This document shows positions 30,652 through 41,317 of a DNA stretch of 64,000 nt, piece after piece. The notes beneath the pieces are model-generated. The model made no database searches. It was given only the letters and a program-made list of their open reading frames with translations, and was not told where the DNA came from. The stretch is from Meyerozyma guilliermondii (Eukaryota). Made by a program: the position numbers and the translations under genes. The DNA lies in NCBI GenBank assembly GCA_051546255.1, contig CP128815.1:310001-374000 (forward strand). The letters are read 5' to 3'. Position 1 is the first letter of the stretch, and every line of letters starts with the position of its first letter.

Positions 30652-33279
30652 TCAAGTCACTTTGGGCTTTTGGGGAGTATCAACCTCCTTACCAATACCC
30701 TCAAAGCTCCGAGCGAGCTCACGCACTTTTCCTTCAAATTTGTTGACGGGTTTGCGAGAAGCGTTTGAATTCTTCTTAGTAACAGAGATCTTTCTCAAAC
30801 ACTTCTTCCAATTCAGAGTTCCCTCGTAGTCAACGACCTTAACCTTCAACTTTGGAAATCTGTCATCACCAACTTCAGAGTCCAATTGTTCCTCATCCAC
30901 GTCACCAGTCACACCGGTCGAACGCAAGGTGCCCTTCTTGGATGAGTTTCTACTGGAGTGTGTCTTGATGACATCAGCTTTCCCAGAATGTGTCAAAGAC
31001 TGAGTCTTTACATTCTTCGAGCTTTTGGACGAGCCAATTGAACTTCTCAGTGAAGCCGGTCTCTTCCTGGGACAGTTCTCATTGTTGTTGATTTCCATCG
31101 AAGTCAAACGGGTGGAGTGAGATTCCCAAGGCTTCTTCAACTCCTTGCAAACCAGCTCGCAACGAGGGCTCGAAGCATCACCAGCATCAATAGCCTTGGC
31201 GACAACGTCAATAAGGCTCTGTGGTCTAGCCTTGACTTTGCGTTCCAGCTTAGAGACAGCAGACTTCTCTTGAAGCTCATCATACGTCCCATCGTCAATA
31301 GCTTTTGCGACAACGTCAATAAGACTTTGAGGTCTAGCCTTGACCAGCTTTCTCTCAACCAGCTTAGTACCGGTACGAGAATCAGCAGCCTCAGCGTCAG
31401 CATCAATAACCTTTGTGACAGTGTCAACAGGACTTTGTGGTCTAGCTTTGACTTTGCGGACCAGCTTAAAGGCAGCAAACCTCTCTCCAAGATTAGCCTC
31501 AGTGCCATAGTCGATAGCCTTGGCAAGAACATCAATAAGACTTTGTGGCCTAGCCTTGACCAGCTCAGCCTTGATCAGCTTTCTCTCAACCAGTTCGGTA
31601 CCGGTACGAGAATCAGCAATCTCGGCATCAGCATCAACAGCCTTGGCAACAACGCCAATGGGACTCTGTGGTCTAGCCTTGGCCAGCTTTCTCTCAACCA
31701 GTTCAGTACCGGTACGAGAGTCAGCGGTCTCAGCATCACCATCAATAGCCTTTGCGACAACATCAATAAGGCTTTGAGCCTTCACCAGCTCAGCACCAGT
31801 ACAAGCGTCAGTAACATGCTTTTCAAGCTTGAGAGAACTACCAGCATCCGTCGAGCCGGTTATGTTACTCAAGTTCAAATTAGCATCCGAGTTCTTTCTG
31901 GTGCTTTTGGTAATGGTCTTGTTGTTGTCACAAACCACAATCAAACTCTCGGTCTTCTTGCAAACGACAGGCAGCTCGACCTTGGAACGAATCCTCAAAG
32001 GGAGCTCACCATCGCTGCGAAGACTCAAGTCAGACTTGGGAGAGAGACTCAATCCCATTTCCTTGGCATAGTTCTCAACAGCCTCAATGACCTCATCAGC
32101 ACCAACACGAGGTGCACAAACAGATGATGGTTCTGCCTTTTGCTCAACCTTCTTGGGCAAAGGATCTCTCTTTCTGGGTAAAGAGGATGATGGCATAGAC
32201 TCTTTTTTACTTGAAGATGGTCTAACATCAGATCCACGCCTAATTCGGTCGCTTCTCAAAGCAGAACGACGAGCAGCATACTGGGCAAGGAGTCTCGTGA
32301 GCTTCTCGTCAACGGTCTCCTCTCTCGTCATGAGAGGAGCAATCTGCTTAAGGGCAACTGGTTTGAGTCGTTCCAATTCCCGATAACCCCCAGTCGTCGG
32401 ATCGCGAACCAACACCTTGTCTCCATCATAAAAAGATATCAGATCCGAACGCTGCAAGAGATTGATCTTAGCCTGGTTCTTTGACACTCTTGTCTTCGTA
32501 CGGTCCATTGCTAACTTGATGGAGCTGAGAGAAGTCTTCCGTCTGCCATCGTCATGATACTGATTGCGACTCAAGTATTCATGAATATCAAGAAAGATGG
32601 CGGAAGGAGGAGTCATATCCCGTTGGCGACGGCGCACTGCTCCACGTCTTCCAAACCATCTTGAGTATCTCAAACGACGAAGCCTGTACTGAACTCTCAA
32701 TTTGAAATGGTACGTTTTTTGTGCACCAAGCTTTATTGCACCTTTAACGCCATTCAAAAAGTGGGCAACACCAGACAAAGTGGATGAAACACTCTCAGAG
32801 GCTCCTGAGTTGCTCTCTGAACCATCAGCGGCATCAAAAATCGAACTTTCTTTACTCTCACTCAAAGATAATTTCGATTCAGTACGAGAAGCCCTTTTTT
32901 CATATTCCCCAAAATCAACGTACTTCATGGGTGGATTCAGCTCCACATTGTGGACCCGTTGTCTCTTTCCCATGGTACATCTGCACTCCTTCTCAAAACA
33001 GACACAAATATTTGCAATACTGTTGGATTTGAGCATCTTCGCAAGAATAGGTAATCTTGCAGTGGAGCAAACGCTCTTCGCACAAGTTGAAGAAGCAGCT
33101 TCCACTGGCAGAGTTGGTAACGTATGCTCTGAGTCTCCAGAATTTCTGGGTCTCAAAGACATAGGCAGAATAGACCCAGTGGATTTGGCCCGATTTTCCT
33201 TCTCAAAAAACCGTGTACTGTCACTTTTGAGCTTTGTAGAGCTCGATTGGTGGTCAAAATTTGATTTAAACCCACCCAT
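30652..33279 (-). CDS. Orphan repeat protein B: basic N-half, KARPQSLIDVVAKAID repeats, C-terminal motif shared with protein A
   Basis: 875 aa ORF; CVCFEKECRC cluster; six roughly 35-aa repeats; WKKCLRKISVTKK...KFEGKVRELARSFEGI. Confidence 0.8.
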   Translation of the reverse strand: MGGFKSNFDHQSSSTKLKSDSTRFFEKENRAKSTGSILPMSLRPRNSGDSEHTLPTLPVEAASSTCAKSVCSTARLPILAKMLKSNSIANICVCFEKECRCTMGKRQRVHNVELNPPMKYVDFGEYEKRASRTESKLSLSESKESSIFDAADGSESNSGASESVSSTLSGVAHFLNGVKGAIKLGAQKTYHFKLRVQYRLRRLRYSRWFGRRGAVRRRQRDMTPPSAIFLDIHEYLSRNQYHDDGRRKTSLSSIKLAMDRTKTRVSKNQAKINLLQRSDLISFYDGDKVLVRDPTTGGYRELERLKPVALKQIAPLMTREETVDEKLTRLLAQYAARRSALRSDRIRRGSDVRPSSSKKESMPSSSLPRKRDPLPKKVEQKAEPSSVCAPRVGADEVIEAVENYAKEMGLSLSPKSDLSLRSDGELPLRIRSKVELPVVCKKTESLIVVCDNNKTITKSTRKNSDANLNLSNITGSTDAGSSLKLEKHVTDACTGAELVKAQSLIDVVAKAIDGDAETADSRTGTELVERKLAKARPQSPIGVVAKAVDADAEIADSRTGTELVERKLIKAELVKARPQSLIDVLAKAIDYGTEANLGERFAAFKLVRKVKARPQSPVDTVTKVIDADAEAADSRTGTKLVERKLVKARPQSLIDVVAKAIDDGTYDELQEKSAVSKLERKVKARPQSLIDVVAKAIDAGDASSPRCELVCKELKKPWESHSTRLTSMEINNNENCPRKRPASLRSSIGSSKSSKNVKTQSLTHSGKADVIKTHSSRNSSKKGTLRSTGVTGDVDEEQLDSEVGDDRFPKLKVKVVDYEGTLNWKKCLRKISVTKKNSNASRKPVNKFEGKVRELARSFEGIGKEVDTPQKPKVT
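31160..31800 (-). repeat. Coding minisatellite, about 105-bp unit (KARPQSxIDVVAKAID...), 6 copies
   Basis: Repeated tcaatagccttg...aagactttgtggtctagccttgac and ctctcaaccag..agtaccggtacgaga on the + strand. Confidence 0.9.
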
Positions 33280-33331
33280 TTTCTTTAGAATTCACTTAAA
33301 AAAACGTTTTTGTCTGGTGAATCCTAAGAGA

Positions 33332-33363
33332 TTTGAGTACAAAAGCCTTTGAGTACAAAAGCC
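33332..33363. repeat. Perfect tandem duplication of 16 bp (tttgagtacaaaagcc x2) upstream of protein B
   Basis: Read directly from the sequence. Confidence 0.85.
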
Positions 33364-33606
33364 TTCAAGTTCTTAAAAGTGCACAAACCCGATTTGATAG
33401 TAGTGCCGCGAAATGGCAGGAGTGTTGAAAAGCGGTTTACTCTTATGATTGACTGGGTTGTAAGAGTACAATTGTGATGAACACATAAGACTGGTAACCC
33501 GACCTGTCTATCAATTGGTTTATAAGTAGCCAATACTGTTTTGTTTTTCAGCACCTAACCGTCACTTTCTCATAGCACATGTAGGGAATAAATCAACCAA
33601 TAGGAC

Positions 33607-35517
33607 TTATCTGTAACTTAACAACCAATTGAATGTTTCCATGTAAGCCTCTTCTCTCAGCAGCCGATCACGGTCAGTGGCTAACTCCCATGGCATGTGA
33701 CTCCTTATAGTGCCAAAACAATTCAAAAGTCCTGCCATAAGGCCGCCATTAGCGAGTATGTAGGCTTCTTGTGATTTCAGCGTTTCGGCCTTAGTAATTG
33801 TAGTCAACTTCTGAATTGGAGTCAGGCTTGCTAGGCTGCTCGACAGCGGTGAGTGTGCAAGAAAATTATTGACATCTTCTGTCATCCTATAACTCTGTAG
33901 TCGACTGATTACAAAGGGCATGACAATAGTGTCTCTAAAGCTCGCTAGAAGCATATTTTCGGTCAAAATTCGAATCGAATTCTTGATCCCATATGCGTTT
34001 TCGATCAACATCTCGTTGAAATACTTTTGAAGGGGATGGAAAATCGCCAATAACTGAAAACGAACGTTCCTATTGAAATACGTCCATTTAGCTTCAACTT
34101 TTGCCCATTCTTTGCATAGCTTGACGACTTCCGGAAGTAATTCCTCTCTGTTCACTTCAGCATCTTTGTCGACCAGTAAAGTAAAATCAATCTGCTTGCT
34201 AAAATCATTCAGAAAGATCATCATGCACTTTGTAAAAAAGCTTTGTAGTTCAGCATGGGTTTCCCTGAACCGGAAGTCATCGAATTTGTCAGGGACATTA
34301 TCGGTAAGGGACGAAGAGCTAGAAGAGTGCAATTGAGAGGAGATTTTGCGCACCCTTGCGGACCTTGTACTTGGAGATCGCTCTATCGGTTCTGGGGTGG
34401 AGCCATTTCGAGAAATGTTTTTGTAACCTTCAAGAAGTGAGGCGCCTAATTCCTCCACCAGCATACCTAGACATGCATGCTCAGTTCCATTTGAAAGCTT
34501 TTTTGACTGAGATGGTAGGATCAATGGTTTGATAGCATTCAAGAATGAGTTAAAGAGCTTCGCATAATTTCTCGCTTCAGCTACTGGCAACTGAGGGTCA
34601 TCGTCGCTAGCAATTCCCAAACCTACTTCTTGATTGGGTAGCCTGTGTAAACGACTCAGTAAGAATTGATCTGTGGGCGTCATAAGTTTCTTGTGCATGT
34701 CGAATAAAGACGAGTGTTCATTGGCAGATTCAAAGTCATCAAGAGAATAGTTGGGGTCGGTGAATTTGTAAATGATCGCAAAGCTGACATCTGTGATTAC
34801 CGAATTGGAGCTGCTGGAGGAAAGGGTTATGGTTGTACGAGAAGGGACAGTAACAGACTGCTGGGTAATCTGGTCGTCTGTCGAAAGAGACAACAGTTCG
34901 TGAGCCTGCGAATTGCTATGTGATCGGTGAAAGAAGTTGTGAAATGTGGAAGCTGGGGATGACGCAGGATTTTTATTTCCAGAAGATCCAGCTCCTGGAC
35001 TCGCAGCGTCATCGAGCAGCGCCGAACTTCGTATCTTTTTCGGTACCTTTAATCCATGATGGCCGGCCGTGTGAATCGAAAGTTCGGGTTTTTTTGTGGA
35101 TATTGAAAACTTGCTACGGGATTTCTTCCCTAGTTTGATCAATGATGAGGAAGATGGTGACGAATTCATTGTGGTAATTCTGGATACTTTGCTTGAAGGA
35201 GATGTAGTGTTTGCATCTTCACCATCACTTGTCTTATGTGGATCATGTTGTGTTTCTTCTATGTCATTCCCCTTGTTGAGGATACTTGTCATGGACCTGT
35301 TCTTTGTGAACAAGCGGCTGAGGGGGTTATTTGACTTGGTTGTGACAGTACTTATAGTGGAGGTGTCGGACAGATTAGTTGGCTGTTTACGCAAATTGTT
35401 GAAATCGACACTGGAGATCTGTGAAGCTCCAGCTAGGTTACTCCTGTCTACCGCAAACTGTAGGGTGCTGGATGACGAGTTGTTGTCATGGTAATATAAG
35501 GGATTGTTAGATTCCAT
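33607..35517 (-). CDS. BIT61: HbrB-domain TORC2 accessory protein, Bit61/Bit2 (Protor)-like
   Basis: Long Ser-rich disordered N-terminus; C-terminal WTYFNRNVRFQLLAIFHPLQ...LLASFRDTIVMP matches the HbrB pattern (W.yF....l..l.aiF.PL ... lla.FRD.vv.P). Confidence 0.6.
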   Translation of the reverse strand: MESNNPLYYHDNNSSSSTLQFAVDRSNLAGASQISSVDFNNLRKQPTNLSDTSTISTVTTKSNNPLSRLFTKNRSMTSILNKGNDIEETQHDPHKTSDGEDANTTSPSSKVSRITTMNSSPSSSSLIKLGKKSRSKFSISTKKPELSIHTAGHHGLKVPKKIRSSALLDDAASPGAGSSGNKNPASSPASTFHNFFHRSHSNSQAHELLSLSTDDQITQQSVTVPSRTTITLSSSSSNSVITDVSFAIIYKFTDPNYSLDDFESANEHSSLFDMHKKLMTPTDQFLLSRLHRLPNQEVGLGIASDDDPQLPVAEARNYAKLFNSFLNAIKPLILPSQSKKLSNGTEHACLGMLVEELGASLLEGYKNISRNGSTPEPIERSPSTRSARVRKISSQLHSSSSSSLTDNVPDKFDDFRFRETHAELQSFFTKCMMIFLNDFSKQIDFTLLVDKDAEVNREELLPEVVKLCKEWAKVEAKWTYFNRNVRFQLLAIFHPLQKYFNEMLIENAYGIKNSIRILTENMLLASFRDTIVMPFVISRLQSYRMTEDVNNFLAHSPLSSSLASLTPIQKLTTITKAETLKSQEAYILANGGLMAGLLNCFGTIRSHMPWELATDRDRLLREEAYMETFNWLLSYR

Positions 35518-35668
35518 TCCGATCGCTTAAATTCATTGAGAATAAATGTGGTGCGCGCGCTTCGAAATTGAAACCTCTGCGCCGTCGATTTGACACTAAT
35601 AAGTCGCACTACCGATAGATTTTTTTAGTAGCTTGAAACGTCTACCCTTCTCTCAATTACCCTGCGCA

Positions 35669-36538
35669 ATGTTGTCGTATGAGGAAAAAGCGTCTGAATG
35701 TATGAAAAACGAGGAGTATTCCAAGGCCATCAACTACTATACGCTCTGTATTAACAATGGAGAAGCCACTACCAAAGCCTACTCTGGTCGAGCAACGGCA
35801 TACTATCACAATTGCAAGCAAAGTAATAGTTCAGATTCAACCTCGCAAATGAGAAAAGTGGCAAAAGATTGTCAGGATGCACTCAAGCTCGATGCCCAGA
35901 ATTACGAAGCTAGCTACTACTTGGGATTATCGTATTCAGAAATGAAAGACAAAGGAGATAAAGGGTTGAAAATCATCCAAGAAGCATATCAGAAATCGCT
36001 CTCAAATGCTAAAACCTACAAGCATTACACTCTTCCCCAAAAAATCTACGAGACGCTTACAACCATGATGCAAGATAAGCGTCTCGAAAAGATAAAACAA
36101 TCAGTAACCGACTCCGTTCCTCTTTTTGATAAGGTTCTTAGGGTTCGAGAAGCTCAATACCACCAAGATATTGACACTCTAACTAAAAACAAACGTGTAA
36201 GTTCAAAGTGGATGCAGCTAGCTAAGGTCAAGTTAGCCGAGAGATACCACCGAGATGTTGAAAATCTTGTGGACATTTTCTCACGAGGGTGTCCAGATCT
36301 GGCCATTGACCTAGAACCTCCGCTGTATTTATGTGATCCTATTTCCTTCCACCTATTTTTGGAGCCTATGGTGACCCCTTCGGGCCATTCTTACGAAAAG
36401 TCATGGCTTTTGCAACATCTTGAAAAGCACGACTACGATCCCTTGACTCGCCAGAAGATACAAAGAGACCAGTGCTATCCAAACTATGCTTTGAAACAGT
36501 GCGTTGATAACTATTTGCAATCTAAGGCTTTGTCTTGA
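35669..36538 (+). CDS. CHIP/STUB1-like TPR + U-box E3 ubiquitin ligase (likely start MLSYEE)
   Basis: N-terminal TPRs (YSKAINYYTLCI, AYSGRATAYY, DCQDALKLD..NYEASYYLG) and C-terminal U-box P(S)YLCDPISFHLFLEPMVTPSGHSYEKSWLLQHL...DPLTRQ...PNYALK. Confidence 0.85.
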   Translation: MLSYEEKASECMKNEEYSKAINYYTLCINNGEATTKAYSGRATAYYHNCKQSNSSDSTSQMRKVAKDCQDALKLDAQNYEASYYLGLSYSEMKDKGDKGLKIIQEAYQKSLSNAKTYKHYTLPQKIYETLTTMMQDKRLEKIKQSVTDSVPLFDKVLRVREAQYHQDIDTLTKNKRVSSKWMQLAKVKLAERYHRDVENLVDIFSRGCPDLAIDLEPPLYLCDPISFHLFLEPMVTPSGHSYEKSWLLQHLEKHDYDPLTRQKIQRDQCYPNYALKQCVDNYLQSKALS

Positions 36539-36674
36539 TTTGGCATCCATGCACCAAGTCTGCAACAGTTTTCCTAATTGGGCTTGATCCAAACAGAAAT
36601 TGCGAAAAGGTAAACAGAATTGTTTCGAGGTACTTAACTCAGCAGACGGTCATTTGGAATTCAAGTCTGCAGTC

Positions 36675-39600
36675 ATGTACGAAAATCATGATTCTCCTTC
36701 ACTTCCTCATGCTGCATTTACCAGCGATAGAACATCACCTCGGCGCAATCATGCATTGAATCAAGACGACGACGAAGAAGAGTTTGTTGGATTTCCACTG
36801 TCGATACAAAGAAGTCCCAATGGCCTGCCTCAAAGGCAATCGCCAAATATATTCACGAGAAGCGCTGCCCGTACACCAGTTGTGAGTAGCCGCAATTTGA
36901 ACTTATTGGAATCAGCTACGCCGAACCTCCAATTCGGTGGAGGAACTCCAAGGTCTCATTTTACATCTCGTGAATCTCCCAAGAGAGATAGAAGAACGGA
37001 AATAGCCATTGATGATCATGAAGATGAAGATGGCGATGTCTTTTCTGGATCTCCCAGAAGATCAACGTTCGGTCGCTCAAACAACAGTTCCAATAGAAGC
37101 GAACGATTCTTGGCTCCGCCCCAACCCATTTTTTCGCCTGAGACATTTGCCGAAGCAAACCCTTTCAGCGATGAAAAAGAGTATGATGATAATGATTCAG
37201 GTGACGAGAAGACTGTGACAAGTAGAACTCCACGTGCAAGTTACGACTACGATACTTACCAAAAGGCACATGATTTCGAAGAACAATCCTTGTACTCTGA
37301 GTCCACTGCATATTCCGGAGCCAAATCCTATACTTCCTCTGCGGGCGAGGAAAGCGAGTACTTTGGCGCTTCAATTGACAGAAATGTGATGCAAAATATT
37401 GACGACGGATATGTTCCAAAGAGAGACAAAACACTCACGAAAAGAAAAGTTAGATTAGTCGGAGGAAAAACTGGAAATTTGGTATTGGAAAATCCCATCC
37501 CTGAGGAGTTAAAGAATGTTTTGACTCGTACTGAGTCACCCTTTGGCGAATTTACGAACATGACATACACTGCTTGTACCTCTGAACCCGACACGTTTGC
37601 TAGTGAGGGATTCACACTTCGTCCTGCAAAGTATGGCAGAGAGACTGAGATTGTCATCTGTGTTACCTTATACAATGAAGATGAGTTCTCTTTTGCAAGA
37701 ACAATGCATGGCGTGATGAAGAATGTGGCTCATCTTTGTTCAAGACACAAATCAACTACATGGGGCAAGGATTCATGGAAGAAAATTCAAGTGATAATCG
37801 TGGCAGATGGTAGAAATAAAGTCAATGAATCTGTGTTACAATTGTTGACAGCCACTGGTTGTTATCAGGGTAACTTGGCAAGATCCTATGTGAATAATAA
37901 AAAGGTGAATGCCCACTTATTCGAATACACTACTCAGATTTCCATCGATGAAAACCTCAAGTTCAAAGGTGACGAGAAGAATTTAGCTCCAGTCCAGGTT
38001 ATGTTCTGTCTCAAAGAAAAAAATCAAAAGAAAATCAATTCTCACAGATGGCTCTTTAATGCTTTTTGTCCCATTCTTGACCCTAACGTTGTTATATTGC
38101 TCGATGTCGGAACCAAGCCAGACAACCATGCTATCTACAACCTCTGGAAGGCATTTGATCGCGACTCCAATGTGGCGGGTGCCGCTGGAGAGATCAAGGC
38201 CATGAAAGGAAAAGGCTGGATCAACCTCACAAATCCGTTGGTTGCATCGCAAAATTTCGAGTACAAAATGTCTAACATCCTTGATAAACCCTTGGAATCA
38301 TTGTTCGGTTGTATTTCTGTCTTGCCAGGAGCATTGTCAGCATATCGATACATTGCACTTACAAACAATGAAGATGGAACTGGTCCTCTTGCCTCATACT
38401 TCAAAGGTGAAGATCTTTTGAATGCTGCGAGCCACGATGTTAAGACCAACTCTAAGACCAACTTTTTTGAAGCAAATATGTACCTTGCAGAAGATCGTAT
38501 CTTGTGTTGGGAATTAGTGGCTAAGAAAAATGAGAATTGGGTCTTAAAATTTGTCAAACTGGCCACTGGAGAAACAGATGTTCCAGAAACACTCAGTGAA
38601 TTCTTATCACAGAGGCGTCGTTGGATCAATGGTGCATTTTTTGCAGCATTGTACTCTTTGAAAAACTTTAACAAAATTTGGCAAACTGACCACTCTTTGC
38701 TTCGAAAGTTCTGGTTACACGTTGAATTTGTTTATCAGTTTATCACCCTCGTCTTTTCGTTTTTCTCGTTGAGTAACTTCTACTTGACATTCTACTTCTT
38801 GACCGGCTCCCTTGTGTCTACCAAGAATTTTGGTAATAATGGAGGATTCTGGATCTTCACGATTTTCAACTATTTGTGCATTTGTGTTTTGACTTCATTG
38901 TTCATTGTTTCAATTGGTAATCGACCTCAAGCCTCACGTCATATATTCAAGACATTGATAATACTTTTGACCGTGTGTGCGCTTTATGCTTTGATTGTCG
39001 GCTTTTACTTTGTTTTCAATACTATCCGTAACTTCGGAAAGGGAGATTCGTCAAACTATGTGTTCGTCAGCATTGTCGTTTCGTTGCTTTCCACTTATGG
39101 AATGTACACCGTTGTTTCCATCTTATACATGGACCCATGGCATATGTTGACGTGTTCCGTGCAATACTTCTTGATGATTCCATCGTACACTTGTACGTTG
39201 CAGATATTTGCCTTCTGTAATACCCATGATGTTTCCTGGGGTACTAAGGGAGACAATAATCCAAAGGAAGATAAGTTCAACCAGTATATCATTGAAAAGA
39301 ACGAAGAAGGAGAATTTGAGGCTGTGGTTGTTGATGTGAACATTGATGAGGTCTATCTCGATACATTATACAATATCAGGTCCAAGAGGTCGAACAAGAA
39401 GGTATTGTCTCGGAAGCCCGCCCCACCACCTATGGAGGGTGAAGACTATGCTAAAGATGTTCGTACCAAAGTGGTATTGATTTGGATGCTAGCCAACTTA
39501 ATATTCATCATGACTATGTTACAGGTCTACAAGGCTGGCGAAACAGAAACGAATATCTACTTGGCTTTCATTCTTTGGACTGTTGCATTATTAGCGTTAT

Positions 39601-39725
39601 TCCGTTCAGTGGGCTCCATCGGATACCTTTTACAAACTTTTGCTAGATTCTTAGTGGAGACGAAGAACAAGTGGTCGCATAGCAGGCAAGGCTACTCTGC
39701 TCCAGTAACTAATACCCTAAATTGA
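36675..39725 (+). CDS. CHS1: Class II chitin synthase (Candida Chs1, orthologue of S. cerevisiae Chs2); likely start MYENHD
   Basis: [59 protein letters not shown]-terminal TM helices. Confidence 0.93.
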   Translation: MYENHDSPSLPHAAFTSDRTSPRRNHALNQDDDEEEFVGFPLSIQRSPNGLPQRQSPNIFTRSAARTPVVSSRNLNLLESATPNLQFGGGTPRSHFTSRESPKRDRRTEIAIDDHEDEDGDVFSGSPRRSTFGRSNNSSNRSERFLAPPQPIFSPETFAEANPFSDEKEYDDNDSGDEKTVTSRTPRASYDYDTYQKAHDFEEQSLYSESTAYSGAKSYTSSAGEESEYFGASIDRNVMQNIDDGYVPKRDKTLTKRKVRLVGGKTGNLVLENPIPEELKNVLTRTESPFGEFTNMTYTACTSEPDTFASEGFTLRPAKYGRETEIVICVTLYNEDEFSFARTMHGVMKNVAHLCSRHKSTTWGKDSWKKIQVIIVADGRNKVNESVLQLLTATGCYQGNLARSYVNNKKVNAHLFEYTTQISIDENLKFKGDEKNLAPVQVMFCLKEKNQKKINSHRWLFNAFCPILDPNVVILLDVGTKPDNHAIYNLWKAFDRDSNVAGAAGEIKAMKGKGWINLTNPLVASQNFEYKMSNILDKPLESLFGCISVLPGALSAYRYIALTNNEDGTGPLASYFKGEDLLNAASHDVKTNSKTNFFEANMYLAEDRILCWELVAKKNENWVLKFVKLATGETDVPETLSEFLSQRRRWINGAFFAALYSLKNFNKIWQTDHSLLRKFWLHVEFVYQFITLVFSFFSLSNFYLTFYFLTGSLVSTKNFGNNGGFWIFTIFNYLCICVLTSLFIVSIGNRPQASRHIFKTLIILLTVCALYALIVGFYFVFNTIRNFGKGDSSNYVFVSIVVSLLSTYGMYTVVSILYMDPWHMLTCSVQYFLMIPSYTCTLQIFAFCNTHDVSWGTKGDNNPKEDKFNQYIIEKNEEGEFEAVVVDVNIDEVYLDTLYNIRSKRSNKKVLSRKPAPPPMEGEDYAKDVRTKVVLIWMLANLIFIMTMLQVYKAGETETNIYLAFILWTVALLALFRSVGSIGYLLQTFARFLVETKNKWSHSRQGYSAPVTNTLN

Positions 39726-39826
39726 AATATATCAATTCGTCATGATTACTCCAGTTGTAGCCGATATTCGCACGACGTTTTTGTGAGATGTCTTGATTCG
39801 GACTTTTCATATCACTAACATAAGCA

Positions 39827-41317
39827 ATGGTTGCGTTAAATAGAAAGAGACCACAGAATGGTACCAATGGCTCTTCTGCTAAGAGACTCAAGGGTGTGAC
39901 TTCCTCTTCCATTTTGAATTCTTATTCTTCGCTTCCAGATATCAATACTCGACTTCCTGGGAGAACACAACCTTTAGACATTTTTGTTTGGGGAACAGGG
40001 TCTATGTGTGAGTTGGGACTCGGTCCAGCAGCCAGCACCAAGGAGGTTAAACGTCCGCGATTAAATCCATATTTGACTAAGGAAAAACTTGGTAACGAGC
40101 TGATTGTGGATTTTGCTGCTGGAGGAATGCACACTTTAGTTCTTGATTCCGCAGGAAATGTGTGGTCATGGGGCGGAAACGACGGGGGAGTTTTGGGTAG
40201 AGACACCTCAGGTGCAGAGGTACTTAAAGATTTGGACAATGCTTCTGACTCTGATGATGAAGATGGCGACTTGAATGTAGCCGAATCGACTCCCGGTAAG
40301 GTGGAGGGCCTTCCTCCGATTGCTGATGCCAAGATTGTGCAACTAGCAGCAACCGACAACTTGAGTGCTCTACTCTATTCTAATGGTGATGTATACGCCT
40401 GGGGATCGTTCCGTTGTAATGAAGGTATTTTGGGATTTTTGAGAGATGAGATCAAGATACAAAGAAGCCCCATGAAGATTACTGGGTTGAAAAACATAGT
40501 TCAGCTAGCACCCGGTAAAGACCATTTGTTAGCATTGGATCTGAAAGGTATTGTTTATGCATGGGGTAACGGACAACAGTACCAACTAGGACGTAAGATT
40601 TTGGAGAGACATCGTTACAAGACTTTGGAGCCTCACGCTATGGCTTTAACAAACATCAAATACATTGCCAGTGGTGACTTTCACTGTTTTGCAATTGACC
40701 ATGATGATAGAGTGTATACTTGGGGGCTTAATCAGTTTGGACAGTGTGGATTCACGAACGAAAACGGAGAACTTGAAGACGGTTCATTGGTTTCTAAGCC
40801 AACGGTGATTGAAAAATTAAGCAATTTGAATATTCAAGAGATAGCTGCTGGAGAACACCATTCGATGGCATTGACAGCAAGCGGAGACGTTTATACGTGG
40901 GGCAGGTACGACATGAAGGAAGTTGGAATTCCTCAGGACAAGTTGCCAGAGTCTACCTTCAAAGATGCGCATGGGAAAGTCAGAGCAGTTCCAGTTCCCA
41001 CAAAGCTCCAGGTTGGAGCTAAAGGTGAGAATGGCGTGAAATTTAAAACAGTGGGATGTGGGTCTCATCATTCCTTTTCTGTGACCGACGATGGAATGGT
41101 ATATGCTTGGGGATTTGCTGATACTTATGCTCTAGGTCTAGGCCCAGTCGAATCTGACGTTGAGGTGCCAACTCGCATTGTGAACACTGCTACCAAACAC
41201 GAGGACATTCAGTTAATCGCAGGTGGAGGACAATTCTCCATCAGTGGAGGAATTAAAATTGATGATGAAGATAAAGCGGAAGACCGTTTAGAGAAGTACG
41301 AGGAGTTGGAGGGTTAG
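39827..41317 (+). CDS. SRM1: Ran GEF, RCC1 family
   Basis: WGTGSMCELGLG...KRPRLN, AGGMHT, WGGNDGGVLGR, WGNGQQYQLGR, GLNQFGQCG, AAGEHHS RCC1 repeats; N-terminal NLS-like RKR...KRLK. Confidence 0.93.
   Translation: MVALNRKRPQNGTNGSSAKRLKGVTSSSILNSYSSLPDINTRLPGRTQPLDIFVWGTGSMCELGLGPAASTKEVKRPRLNPYLTKEKLGNELIVDFAAGGMHTLVLDSAGNVWSWGGNDGGVLGRDTSGAEVLKDLDNASDSDDEDGDLNVAESTPGKVEGLPPIADAKIVQLAATDNLSALLYSNGDVYAWGSFRCNEGILGFLRDEIKIQRSPMKITGLKNIVQLAPGKDHLLALDLKGIVYAWGNGQQYQLGRKILERHRYKTLEPHAMALTNIKYIASGDFHCFAIDHDDRVYTWGLNQFGQCGFTNENGELEDGSLVSKPTVIEKLSNLNIQEIAAGEHHSMALTASGDVYTWGRYDMKEVGIPQDKLPESTFKDAHGKVRAVPVPTKLQVGAKGENGVKFKTVGCGSHHSFSVTDDGMVYAWGFADTYALGLGPVESDVEVPTRIVNTATKHEDIQLIAGGGQFSISGGIKIDDEDKAEDRLEKYEELEG

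Noticed and set aside
28165..31800. Regularly spaced repeats as a CRISPR array or adhesin repeats
   Set aside because: Eukaryotic in-frame coding repeats without unique spacers; the proteins lack a signal peptide and a GPI signal, so they are not adhesins.
31117..32127. 336-aa antisense ORF, and similar ones at 28163-28654 and 32702-33352
   Set aside because: Shadow frames of repetitive, codon-biased minus-strand genes; no independent protein features.
39810..39826. CACTAAC branch-like sequence before the SRM1 ATG
   Set aside because: No donor site in the roughly 100-bp intergenic, and the SRM1 N-terminus looks complete.
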